Source: a virus
Direction: 5' to 3' (one strand)
DNA: 64,000 nt
Virus record (IMG/VR): IMGVR_UViG_3300022752_004330
Location: 32,001 to 96,000 of that record
A program made the translations under genes and the position numbers. The stretch's first letter is position 1, and every line of letters starts with the position of its first letter. This document shows positions 40,014 through 48,954 of this stretch, piece by piece. Below the pieces are notes generated by a model that worked only from the letters and a program-made list of their open reading frames with translations, did no database searches and was not told where the DNA came from.

Positions 40014-40292
40014 TCATTCATCTATAACATGATCTGCTTTCGGATCATATTTTTTTAGATAATTTTCTGTATAAGAATCAATACTTTGCTTAGAATTGTA
40101 ATATATATTTAATTCTTTATTTTCTAAGAATTTTATTAGTGGAAATAACATTTTGTTAGTTAATCTAGAACTAAAATTTTCCAATACATATTCTAATTGA
40201 TTTCTTTTTAATTGAGAGATGGCTAAATCTTTTTCTAATAACCTTGCCATCTCTACCCACTCTGTATACAGCTGGATTTCTTCATCTGTCAT
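40014..40292 (-). CDS. Hypothetical protein
   Basis: ATGA-coupled to the phosphoesterase. Confidence 0.55.
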   Translation of the reverse strand: MTDEEIQLYTEWVEMARLLEKDLAISQLKRNQLEYVLENFSSRLTNKMLFPLIKFLENKELNIYYNSKQSIDSYTENYLKKYDPKADHVIDE

Positions 40293-41131
40293 ATTGTAAT
40301 AATAATTTGGGGATTCCAATATGACTCTTCATAGCCTTCATAACCTCTCGGGTTACAAACAACTCTAGTTGTTCCTACCATATAGTCACTGGGGTCATGA
40401 ACATGCCCATGTGTCCACAATTTTATCTGTGGTCTGTCTAAAATAAAATCTGATAGACTACTAGCATAACCACCATTCATAATTGTCTCTTCCACATACC
40501 TAGAACCAATACTAGCAAAGGTAGGCGCCATATGACTGACCACTACACACTTCCGGTTGGGATTAGCATCAAGAACTTCTCCGAAATATTTCAATGTGCT
40601 AATATGTCTCTTGATGCAGTCATCTGGTCTTACTTTCCTAAAACCTTCTAGATCATGTTTAATGATTCTGAAATCATTCATCATACCTTGAATCGTATGT
40701 TTAGTAATAGGATCATGCTTATTCATGTCTGTCCATAATGTCCCGCCTACAAATAAGACATCATCAATTTCCTTTGTATCATTTTCTAGAAAATAGATGT
40801 TAGGAAATCGTGAGCACTCCGCTCTAAGATAATCTAGTCCGGCTACCCATTTACCATGATAAAACTCATGATTACCTGCAACATAGATAACATGAGGGAA
40901 CTGAAAACTAATTCTTTTAAGAAAGTCACGAAAACGCTGTGCTGCTGCTTGACGACTGCCCAATATCCGAACGATCTCGGGAGGGTAAGGAACATGTGGC
41001 TCTGGATGATCATGTAGATCCTGAGCAACCATGATATCACCACTTAGGATTAAAAGGTCATAGTCATGCTCATTCGTAACATTGACATCACTGAATTCCA
41101 AATGTAGATCTGATACAACTTTTATTTTCAT
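40289..41131 (-). CDS. Calcineurin-like metallophosphoesterase
   Basis: SDLH, GD, GNHE, H..P, HGHVH, NPRGY. Confidence 0.92.
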   Translation of the reverse strand: MKIKVVSDLHLEFSDVNVTNEHDYDLLILSGDIMVAQDLHDHPEPHVPYPPEIVRILGSRQAAAQRFRDFLKRISFQFPHVIYVAGNHEFYHGKWVAGLDYLRAECSRFPNIYFLENDTKEIDDVLFVGGTLWTDMNKHDPITKHTIQGMMNDFRIIKHDLEGFRKVRPDDCIKRHISTLKYFGEVLDANPNRKCVVVSHMAPTFASIGSRYVEETIMNGGYASSLSDFILDRPQIKLWTHGHVHDPSDYMVGTTRVVCNPRGYEGYEESYWNPQIIITI

Positions 41132-41154
41132 ATAATTAGTTTAGCACAAAACGA

Positions 41155-41535
41155 TTACTTAGTCAACTTTAATATCATTTGATAGTTTTCCCAGGCTTTT
41201 TTCAATGCAGGATTAGTATGACGCAGACGACATTCCTCTTCATGCTCTGCTACAATATATTGCAAACGCTGGTATGAAGCGTGTAGGCCAAATGGCTTAC
41301 TGTCAACTAATTGTGTTATACGGTTTTCATGTTCTACCAAAGCAGCGAACCGATCTTGCGGTAAACAGACATTTAACATAGGAATTTCCGTTATGTTAAC
41401 AAAAATGTCTTTAGCCGTGCTAGTGTCATAGGTGTTATTCACACGCAAAGGTGGTAACTGGTGTCTACGAAAATACCTACCACTAGTGCTTACTGTGGCT
41501 TCATACCTACTGCAAAACTTATCTATATCATTCAT
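41155..41535 (-). CDS. Hypothetical protein
   Basis: ORF coupled to the upstream small-gene array. Confidence 0.6.
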   Translation of the reverse strand: MNDIDKFCSRYEATVSTSGRYFRRHQLPPLRVNNTYDTSTAKDIFVNITEIPMLNVCLPQDRFAALVEHENRITQLVDSKPFGLHASYQRLQYIVAEHEEECRLRHTNPALKKAWENYQMILKLTK

Positions 41536-41714
41536 GAATCCCACCTTAGCATAAACCATATTTTATGAGATTGTTCTTGAAATGTCAATGCCATACCCTC
41601 TCTAGGTTGATAGCCAAATGTTTTCAAACTCTAAGAGTCAATCTCCAATACTCTATCAGCATACCAACTGTAGTCCACTATAATACCGTTAAGATCTGCC
41701 CAAAGAAACTTCAT
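41532..41714 (-). pseudogene. Fifth member of the 'WF.LRW' small-protein array, with an internal TAG (41631-41633)
   Basis: MKFLWADLNG...EIDS*SLKTFGYQPREGMALTFQEQSHKIWFMLRWDS; both ends ATGA-coupled to neighbours. Confidence 0.65.
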
Positions 41715-41941
41715 GACCACCTCAACATAAACCAAGTTAGATCTTTAGTATCTTCAAATATTACTTTATCTTCAATATCGTGTAGTTCTGCCGGGATATA
41801 TCGTGCTCTGTATGGTTTCAGTTTTCTATTAAGTATTCTTAAGGCTATGTCATGGTCAGGATTATCCTGATTGGCCTTTACAAAGTTTTGCCAATATATG
41901 GGACAATTTATTAGCATAGTATCTAAATAAAAACCAATCAT
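41711..41941 (-). CDS. Small protein, 'WF.LRW' family
   Basis: C-terminal FEDTKDLTWFMLRWS. Confidence 0.65.
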   Translation of the reverse strand: MIGFYLDTMLINCPIYWQNFVKANQDNPDHDIALRILNRKLKPYRARYIPAELHDIEDKVIFEDTKDLTWFMLRWS

Positions 41942-42114
41942 GACCACCTCAATAGGAACCAAAGATAATCACGTTCATTCTTAAATTCAAAAACGCCTTC
42001 ACCTTGGTAAAACCATTCATATGCGGATATATTTTTTTCACACCATGCTATACATCTATTCCAATGAACATCATGTTGTGGCGGGCTTATACTAATTACG
42101 TGCCAGTTGAGCAT
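41938..42114 (-). CDS. Small protein, 'WF.LRW' family
   Basis: WCEKN...FEFKNERDYLWFLLRWS. Confidence 0.65.
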   Translation of the reverse strand: MLNWHVISISPPQHDVHWNRCIAWCEKNISAYEWFYQGEGVFEFKNERDYLWFLLRWS

Positions 42115-42368
42115 GACTGTGACTCTGCCCAACGTAGTGAAAACATAGTAGCATCTTTGTCATCTTTGAATATAAATGTAGCGTTGCCTTTATCCTCATT
42201 TTCCCATATATCTTTAGATGTATCAGAATTCGCGTACCAAGCTACCGGACTATTCATATTTTCCAACTGTTTTTTCCACCATGCTTCTTGCCCATATTGT
42301 TCTTTACACCAGGCTCGCATATCCCTGTACTTCTGAAGACTAACTTCTTTCATCTTGATCTCTGTCAT
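42096..42368 (-). CDS. Small protein, 'WF.LRW' family
   Basis: WCKEQYG...FKDDKDATMFSLRW. Confidence 0.65.
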   Translation of the reverse strand: MTEIKMKEVSLQKYRDMRAWCKEQYGQEAWWKKQLENMNSPVAWYANSDTSKDIWENEDKGNATFIFKDDKDATMFSLRWAESQSCSTGT

Positions 42369-42369
42369 A

Positions 42370-42624
42370 TTATTTCCATTTAAGAGTAAACCAGTTGTAT
42401 TCTTTATCAGTTTGAAAATAAATTCTTCTGTTCCACTGCGAGCATTCCCAAGACCATACATTTGGCTCTAATTCGTGATGCTCTATTTCAGCACCAGGTC
42501 CCCAATTCTGCCAACACCAGTTTCTAACTTCAATAAATTTTTTAGCTTCACTTTTATGAAATTGAATCCCATATTTGAATATGGTATGTCCGTTGTATCT
42601 TTTGTCTAGTTTTAAAGTCTTCAT
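42370..42624 (-). CDS. Small protein, 'WF.LRW' family
   Basis: WCWQNWG...YFQTDKEYNWFTLKW. Confidence 0.65.
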   Translation of the reverse strand: MKTLKLDKRYNGHTIFKYGIQFHKSEAKKFIEVRNWCWQNWGPGAEIEHHELEPNVWSWECSQWNRRIYFQTDKEYNWFTLKWK

Positions 42625-42630
42625 ATGTTT

Positions 42631-42659
42631 ATTATACAAAAAATTTAGATTATGGTCAA
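42631..42659 (-). promoter_or_regulatory. Sigma70-type promoter
   Basis: TTGACC-17 nt-TATAAT, 6 nt before the ATG at 42624. Confidence 0.75.
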
Positions 42660-42683
42660 TAAATATTACTATAAAGGATAGTT

Positions 42684-43103
42684 ATGTCTAAAATTAAAAA
42701 AGCTCTTTGGGTATCACTGGGATTCGTTTTTCTAGTTATCGCATATATAGGTGTAATCACTCCTGGCATACCTTGGTCTACTCCTACTGTTATTGCAGCC
42801 TACTGCTTTGCGAAAGGAAGCGAACGATGGCATAACTGGATAATGAATCATAAACTATTTGGTCCTTTTCTTAGGAACTGGAGTGAGAGGCGTGTGTTTC
42901 CTAAGTATGGCAAATGGGCAATGTTTATTACCATGGACATAAGTTTAATCATTATTTGGTTCACAACTTACAATTGGAAACTCACTGCTGGAATAGGATT
43001 AATGATGATGTTAGTAGCAATTTGGGCGTGGAAATATCCTGAAACACCTGAAGAATATGATCGTAGAAAAGAAAATGGGTTGAAAATAGGATGGATTAGG
43101 TAA
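42684..43103 (+). CDS. DUF454 (YbaN-like) inner membrane protein
   Basis: IGVITPGIPWSTP..IAAYCFAKGSERWHNW..NHKLFGPFLRNW. Confidence 0.82.
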   Translation: MSKIKKALWVSLGFVFLVIAYIGVITPGIPWSTPTVIAAYCFAKGSERWHNWIMNHKLFGPFLRNWSERRVFPKYGKWAMFITMDISLIIIWFTTYNWKLTAGIGLMMMLVAIWAWKYPETPEEYDRRKENGLKIGWIR

Positions 43104-43608
43104 CAAGTTCAAACAAATTAATTTCAGGGTTAGGTCTAGGCTTATTTTTTTTTATTTTCTTTTCCTTTGGTTTCTCAATGTCGCAAGGTGTTCCATCGAA
43201 CCTATAATGATACTTCAGTGCATCTGCACAGATTATGTTTTGTTCAACTATATGCTGAAGATCTTCTCTACCACATAACAAGCGTTTTTGGCACTCAGCA
43301 ATATTATCGGGCATTAGGTCCACCCCATATATAGTAGATAATGCCTGTTCAAAAGTTGAGCCATGCTCCATTTTACGTATTAAAACTTCTCCAAGAAATT
43401 GTCCATCACCGCAAGAGTTATCTAAAAACGTACTAGACTCATCTGTAAAAACAGTTTCAGGTAATTGGTCTAATAACTCTTCTACCAAAGGTGTCGGAGT
43501 AAATACTTCTCCTGTGGCTTTAATACGCTGTTTATCACGCTCAACTCCACTCATATATTCTCTGCCTCTGATATGTTTTATAACTTCATTCAACATTGTC
43601 TTCGACAT
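43096..43608 (-). CDS. Short N6-adenine methyltransferase-like protein (SAM-binding half only)
   Basis: TGEVFTP, LDNSCGDGQFL, IYGVD, NIICADAL; no NPPY motif. Confidence 0.75.
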   Translation of the reverse strand: MSKTMLNEVIKHIRGREYMSGVERDKQRIKATGEVFTPTPLVEELLDQLPETVFTDESSTFLDNSCGDGQFLGEVLIRKMEHGSTFEQALSTIYGVDLMPDNIAECQKRLLCGREDLQHIVEQNIICADALKYHYRFDGTPCDIEKPKEKKIKKNKPRPNPEINLFELVT

Positions 43609-44788
43609 AATCTATCTCTTTTTTAGTAAGTTTAAAATATTCGTAAATATCATTATTAGTCCAAACTTTATTAAGATCTAATTTTGGCATTATATTAGGA
43701 ATATGTTTTTCTATGTACTGATTAGAACGGTTACCTTCTATAATAAATTTAAATATTTTACTGTTAAGTTGGGATTCTGCACTGGCTAAATGTTGTTTAT
43801 CTATAAGCTCTCTATGTGCATGTTGCGCAGGAGTGATTTGTCCGTCATCAGCCATAACCTTATATTTTCCAACATAAGATAACATTACTTTAGAATCATT
43901 ATGATTTTCACCTTGTTTGTTGCAGTATTTTATTTCTGCACTGCCATGACTGTCAAAAAATTTATATGGAAACTCTTTGGTTTTAGAAATATTAATTCTA
44001 AGACTTTTATTAAGATTTGTTTGTTTTTGAAAAAACTTCCAACGGTTTCCTTTTGAAAGGACAACCTTATTGAATATACTAAATCCTTCTTTGCTAAGAT
44101 CTCTGGGAATTAGAGGAAGTTTATTTAAATCAATAGTTTCTTTACCGAAGTTTGTTGTCATAACTGAGGTAGAATGATTATCTAGAATCTTTTGAACAAC
44201 AAAATAACTTATAGTAGATCCAACATTAAAATATTTCTCGCACTCATTTAGATTTATGGCAATAGTTTTATATGGCTTAAGGATATCCTTGAATAAGCCC
44301 TTTCGTTCAGTTCTTAGATCATTTGTAGGAGTTCTCCAACCATCTGGGGTGATAAAACAAATATATCCATTATCTTGTAATAAATCCCACCCTTTAAATG
44401 TAAAAGGAGCCCAAAGATTATCGTTTACCTTTTTGCCATGTTTAGATTTTTTCTGATAAGGAGGATTGCCTACCACCACGGTAAATTTCATTGGTTTAAA
44501 CTCCATTTCTAAGAAATCGCCTTGCTTGTATTTTCCTACAAGTTTATGTTTATTTACAGCATACGTTATACGGTGCTCAAATTCTTCATATCCAAAGACT
44601 CTGTTTGAAATATTCTCAATATCATGCCCTGCTTTCATTAACCTAGATTCAATTTCACGTACAAATTGACCCCCGCCGATAGCAGGATCTAAGAAAGTAG
44701 AAGTTTTACTGGTCCATATTGAATTTGGTAAATTATCTAAAATTTCAGAAACTAATAAATTAATTTCAAATTTCATTCTACCTAACAT
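43586..44788 (-). CDS. Gamma-class (Eco57I-like) adenine DNA methyltransferase
   Basis: FLDPAIGGGQF (motif I), VVGNPPY (motif IV), GYICFITP. Confidence 0.85.
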   Translation of the reverse strand: MLGRMKFEINLLVSEILDNLPNSIWTSKTSTFLDPAIGGGQFVREIESRLMKAGHDIENISNRVFGYEEFEHRITYAVNKHKLVGKYKQGDFLEMEFKPMKFTVVVGNPPYQKKSKHGKKVNDNLWAPFTFKGWDLLQDNGYICFITPDGWRTPTNDLRTERKGLFKDILKPYKTIAINLNECEKYFNVGSTISYFVVQKILDNHSTSVMTTNFGKETIDLNKLPLIPRDLSKEGFSIFNKVVLSKGNRWKFFQKQTNLNKSLRINISKTKEFPYKFFDSHGSAEIKYCNKQGENHNDSKVMLSYVGKYKVMADDGQITPAQHAHRELIDKQHLASAESQLNSKIFKFIIEGNRSNQYIEKHIPNIMPKLDLNKVWTNNDIYEYFKLTKKEIDYVEDNVE

Positions 44789-44811
44789 ATGAGCTCCGAA
44801 GTGATAGTGTT

Positions 44812-44840
44812 AGTATAGCACAGATCTTTCTTATTGTCAA
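44812..44840 (-). promoter_or_regulatory. Sigma70-type promoter
   Basis: TTGACA-17 nt-TATACT upstream of the MTase. Confidence 0.7.
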
Positions 44841-44846
44841 TTTTTG

Positions 44847-46100
44847 TTAGGCAAATATAAGTTCAATTAGATCACGCTCAATTACACCGCCTAAAATTAA
44901 CTCTTTAATCATGTCATATTCTACACCAAAATCTTCACTTATTCCTTGCCTAATAATAGCTGGTTTTTTATCTAAAATTTCAAATGCTTCGTCTAATGTT
45001 GTTCCTCCTTGGTACTTTATAATGTCAATATTTTGAGCTATGGTAACAATCATTTTTCGTGCATCCTCTAGCAGACTTTTGGAGATGTCTTTTTTGTTAG
45101 ACGTTTTGTCTTTTGAATTGATTATACTAGTCTTTCCACGCTGTGCAACTTCTTTCGTAGCAGCTCTAAATAGGTCAATATTGCCTAGAGCTAACGCTCT
45201 AATCTGCTCTACGGTCATTTCTTCAATTCTGGCAACTTTACCTATTACTCTGTGAATACTTTTCCTTGCTATGGCTTCTTCTAAATATTCATCTATTTCA
45301 ATTTTGACTGCGCCATCGGGTTGACATTTAAAAATATCCACAGTTTTAAGTACATCTCTTAAAGCCTGTTTCATGTCTTTCACCTGCTTATTTTTATTAT
45401 AGTTTCTGGCAGTTTCAATCAACATAGCGTCGAACTTATCATCTCTGTTTGGATCAAAGCTTAAACTTATTACACGACCGATTTTACCTTGTTTATGAGG
45501 GGTTAATGTTCTGCTCATTTTTTGAATAGTGGCACCGTTATCTCCTGTATCATAAGCCAAATATAGCTCGGTAATCTGAGGAATGCTAAAACTTCGTTGT
45601 GCCATACCTGCACTGATTATTAGAACATGTTGACTAGATTTTTCTGCCAGTTCAATCGCTTCTTTCACTTCTCGTTCAGCTGTGGCGTTGGTAATATCTT
45701 CCGCACCACTTACTAATATAACACGAAATCCTCTAAGAGCTTGTTCTGCAATTGGTTTAATTTCCAATAAATTTTCATTAGTAGTGGACCCAGGTAAAAA
45801 CATCATAGCAACTTTAATACCTTCCTTGGCCTTACGTCCTGTTTGGAAATCTACATTGAGGCTGTCATCACCTCCTTTGCCTTCAAAGACAGCCTGTAGC
45901 ATGTTTGTAAAAAACCCTTTGGCTTTAATTGGCTGAGCAGAAAATTTTGTCCAACTAGGTAAAAATATTCCATCCTGAATGAACGCATCTGGTTCTGCTG
46001 TTCTAGCTATATTGACCACACTGGTTAAATTCATCTGATAGAATTCAACATCTACGTAAAGCTGATGTCTTGTAGTATCTACTTTAAAATGTTTTAGCAT
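44847..46100 (-). CDS. SF2 helicase C-terminal half (restriction-subunit-like)
   Basis: MAQRSFSIP (motif V-like) and IQKMSR (motif VI-like). Confidence 0.6.
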   Translation of the reverse strand: MLKHFKVDTTRHQLYVDVEFYQMNLTSVVNIARTAEPDAFIQDGIFLPSWTKFSAQPIKAKGFFTNMLQAVFEGKGGDDSLNVDFQTGRKAKEGIKVAMMFLPGSTTNENLLEIKPIAEQALRGFRVILVSGAEDITNATAEREVKEAIELAEKSSQHVLIISAGMAQRSFSIPQITELYLAYDTGDNGATIQKMSRTLTPHKQGKIGRVISLSFDPNRDDKFDAMLIETARNYNKNKQVKDMKQALRDVLKTVDIFKCQPDGAVKIEIDEYLEEAIARKSIHRVIGKVARIEEMTVEQIRALALGNIDLFRAATKEVAQRGKTSIINSKDKTSNKKDISKSLLEDARKMIVTIAQNIDIIKYQGGTTLDEAFEILDKKPAIIRQGISEDFGVEYDMIKELILGGVIERDLIELIFA

Positions 46101-46101
46101 A

Positions 46102-47064
46102 TTATTGTTCCAAACGTTCTTTGTGTTTTTCTATTAATAACTCTGGATAGGTTACAGAAAGATAATGATCTACTGGCCAAATACTAGCCGCTTTATCTCC
46201 GTTAGTGCCGGTCATTAATAAGACAACATCATTCTCTGCTCTTGCTTGAATTAAAGGTAAACTTTGCCCCGGCCTATGGACACCAAAGTCTGCTTCGTCA
46301 ATTATCATTAATTTCTTTGTTTCCTGTGAAAACAAGAAATCAATTTTATTTTGTCTACGTTGCCCAGAACACATGGATAAAAATACAATAACCTGTTTAT
46401 TTTCGGCCAATGATTCAGATACTTTATTTTCCCAATTAGATTCGCCAGCTTCTACCAGAACAAAATTCCTAAACTGTTCGAAACTGTTTAGATCTTTTTT
46501 GAAACTGGCAAAACTGGTTAATACATAACTAGCAACAATAGTCAATGCAAATTCTGTTTCTCTTATTAATACTCCACTCCAGATTGTTTTTCCGAAGCGG
46601 GCACATAATTCTGCCACAATCGTTCTCTTATCTTGGTTAATGGAATTAATAACATTGATAGCAGCATCATATTGATTTTGGCTAATAGCTACCAAAGGTA
46701 GTGATTGACCTACTCTTTTTAATAACTCGTTTATCCTAAACGACATTTCAGTAGAATTGAGTGTGTGTACTTCTCCTGTAGTGCCTTTACGATACCCAAT
46801 TTGTTCACGTATATAATCATCTACGCGACCATGTTGTTTAAATCGTTCTGGACATTTAGATATTGCTAATTCTGACACATCCCAAAAACTAACGAGCTCA
46901 ATAGTTCCGTCACGAATTTTATCTTTGCGTACACCAACAGAATCTTTAATCCTACTCCAAATTTCTTTTTCAGGGTCTTGACCAGCCTTTACCCAGCGTT
47001 CTCCAAATTTACATTCATTCTCATCTGTGGTTTCATGCCATAGATAACAAAACATTCTATCCAT
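46102..47064 (-). CDS. SF2 helicase N-terminal half with a possible GIY-YIG-like N-terminus
   Basis: ARFGKT (Walker A), IIDEAD (Walker B), MTGT (motif III). Confidence 0.72.
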   Translation of the reverse strand: MDRMFCYLWHETTDENECKFGERWVKAGQDPEKEIWSRIKDSVGVRKDKIRDGTIELVSFWDVSELAISKCPERFKQHGRVDDYIREQIGYRKGTTGEVHTLNSTEMSFRINELLKRVGQSLPLVAISQNQYDAAINVINSINQDKRTIVAELCARFGKTIWSGVLIRETEFALTIVASYVLTSFASFKKDLNSFEQFRNFVLVEAGESNWENKVSESLAENKQVIVFLSMCSGQRRQNKIDFLFSQETKKLMIIDEADFGVHRPGQSLPLIQARAENDVVLLMTGTNGDKAASIWPVDHYLSVTYPELLIEKHKERLEQ

Positions 47065-47067
47065 TGT

Positions 47068-47241
47068 TCATTCCGATCCATAATCTGCGTTTGCGATCTC
47101 TTCTTCCCAAAATGCACGAGCATCTTTTTCATGCTCAAAGCTTTCCAAAACATTCATACCGCCCAAGGGATGAGGGAACCAAACATGCCAAACAGCATCG
47201 TCTTCATCGTAGGTGCAAAAAAGTTCTACCTTTTCCTGCAT
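47068..47241 (-). CDS. Small acidic protein (57 aa; absent from the ORF track)
   Basis: GGAG SD; MQEKVELFCTYDEDDAVWHVWFPHPLGGMNVLESFEHEKDARAFWEEEIANADYGSE. Confidence 0.65.
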   Translation of the reverse strand: MQEKVELFCTYDEDDAVWHVWFPHPLGGMNVLESFEHEKDARAFWEEEIANADYGSE

Positions 47242-47270
47242 GATCACTCCAAATTGTTAGTGTATATCTT

Positions 47271-47308
47271 ATTATACAATAAAAAAACCGGACTGTCAAG
47301 TCCGGTTT
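47271..47308 (-). promoter_or_regulatory. Sigma70 promoter whose -35 box forms the loop of the upstream gene's terminator
   Basis: AAACCGGAC-TTGACA-GTCCGGTTTTTTT; TTGACA-17 nt-TATAAT. Confidence 0.75.
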
Positions 47309-47327
47309 AGTCGAACTACTTAATTGG

Positions 47328-48725
47328 TTAGGCTATTAAGGCATATCGTTCGCTATTTAAAGTCTTAAGCATAACTGCTAGTGGACTCAGTTCATCTGCC
47401 TTAAGGATCGAAGTCATAATACTAGGACTAAATCCACTTACCAATGCTACTCCAGGCTTATCATATTTAACAGGCACTTGGTTAGCACGAGCATTAAGGT
47501 TCCAGAATACAATCATAGGAACTTGATAGCCTGCTTCTGCATACTTGCGTTCAATCATTTGCATAGCACTATCATCGTGACGAGCACATTGATTAAACTG
47601 CATATCGCTTATAATCAACAAATACTTAGGCATATGGCGCTGTGGCACTTTCCATTCTACAGCATACATGAGGATAGCCTCAAACGCCGAATGTAGATTA
47701 GTGCTCATACCCCACGCTGCGTGACGAAGTTGGTTTAACTTGGAAATTAGATTTCCTTTAAGGATTTCTAATTTTGACTCATTTGTAAAAGTCATGAACA
47801 TGTCTCTAAACGGACCAGTGTTTTTATCTGCAAGGTATAGGCCTAGAGATACACAAACATCCATACAGGTAAGGTTCTTATTTCCACCTACAGAAGTCAT
47901 CATTGAACCACTGACATCACACAATGGCAGAACCAGTTCGTTACCACAGTAGTTTGGCAGAGCATCCCACTGTGCTTGGATTACGGTCGGATCTCCACTG
48001 TTGTTATATGCCTTGATCACATCATATGGATACACCGCACTGGCATTGACCTTGGCTTCACCACTAACTAGTTTTTCTTTGAAAGCCTCATATCCCTCAG
48101 GATCGTGCTTACGAAAAGCCTTTTGATAGCGGCTGGCAGCTAGGCTAGGAACATGACTGTAGTTAATTTCAGTCCAACGATTAGCGCACATATCTTGTTC
48201 AACGACTTTGGTCAATTCAACAAGACGTTTACGATAATATTTCGGACTAAACCCAAGAAAGTTTCTTAATTCTACAGCCACAGGGCCTTGACGTGGCATC
48301 CATTTTGCACAAAGACCATTATCTGCTTTCAACGCATTTTTGATTAGAGTAAAGGCTGCTTCTTTAAAGGCCTTGGTTTCAAAAATTAGTAGGTCGTCCC
48401 AACGTCCATATTCTGGGATATGTGGCAATAAACGAAACAAAGGCATAGGAGCATGGGTCTCCATATATTTTATGATTTTACGAACAACATCACGTTCTCC
48501 TGCACCACCACGCACATCACGTGCCCACATCAGCAGTTTAAGCGCCAAGGTTTGGTCCTGAGCAAGGGCTCTGGCAAAATCTGCACTGAGATCTTTTCCA
48601 CGGCTTGCACCAATTGAAAAGAAAAGGTCTACTAGTGCGCTCTTGCTAGAGTCAAAGGTTTTCATACCGTTTTCGGTATGAGTTTCTAGTTGAACTTCTT
48701 CAACTGCTTCTTTAAATAAATTCAT
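47328..48725 (-). CDS. DUF2828-family protein (helical N-domain plus vWA domain; Ro60/TROVE-like architecture)
   Basis: TENG, LVDLFF, ARDVRGGAGER, YGRWDDL, AKWMPR, DVSGSM (MIDAS), SDMQF, FWNL, VSGFSP. Confidence 0.82.
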   Translation of the reverse strand: MNLFKEAVEEVQLETHTENGMKTFDSSKSALVDLFFSIGASRGKDLSADFARALAQDQTLALKLLMWARDVRGGAGERDVVRKIIKYMETHAPMPLFRLLPHIPEYGRWDDLLIFETKAFKEAAFTLIKNALKADNGLCAKWMPRQGPVAVELRNFLGFSPKYYRKRLVELTKVVEQDMCANRWTEINYSHVPSLAASRYQKAFRKHDPEGYEAFKEKLVSGEAKVNASAVYPYDVIKAYNNSGDPTVIQAQWDALPNYCGNELVLPLCDVSGSMMTSVGGNKNLTCMDVCVSLGLYLADKNTGPFRDMFMTFTNESKLEILKGNLISKLNQLRHAAWGMSTNLHSAFEAILMYAVEWKVPQRHMPKYLLIISDMQFNQCARHDDSAMQMIERKYAEAGYQVPMIVFWNLNARANQVPVKYDKPGVALVSGFSPSIMTSILKADELSPLAVMLKTLNSERYALIA

Positions 48726-48736
48726 ATGATCCTCAA

Positions 48737-48803
48737 CAGGTTAATGCCTTTCGGCTTTGTGGTTAGATTACAAGTCTATAAAATGATTGCTGAAATTAAC
48801 CTA
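48737..48803 (-). ncRNA. Structured RNA motif copy B
   Basis: AGGTTAA-TT-TCAGCAA ... TAGA-CTTGTAA-TCTA ... GCC-GAAA-GGC ... TTAACCTG. Confidence 0.68.
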
Positions 48804-48810
48804 AAATCTA

Positions 48811-48936
48811 CAGGTTGGCTACTACTTTTTGTTTACAGTGAGAAATTCGAAACTCACCTTGTCTAGGAGTATGGAGTTTGTTGTCCCTACCTGCCCTAGA
48901 CTAGACTTTATCGTATTTGTTGCTGAATCCAACCTA
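48811..48936 (-). ncRNA. Structured RNA motif copy C
   Basis: AGGTTGG-AT-TCAGCAA ... GTCTAGG/CCTAGAC stem ... GTGAG-TTTCGAATTT-CTCAC ... CCAACCTG. Confidence 0.68.
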
Positions 48937-48954
48937 ATTTCTTATTATGCTACT

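Noticed and set aside
46095-46110. Second ribosomal-bypass site at the helicase split
   Set aside because: There are no matched take-off/landing codons; TAA-T-ATG is an ordinary re-initiation arrangement.
48737-48936. CRISPR mini-array or tRNA genes
   Set aside because: The repeats are not identical, the units are self-closing stems of unequal length, no cas genes are nearby, and no complete cloverleaf forms.
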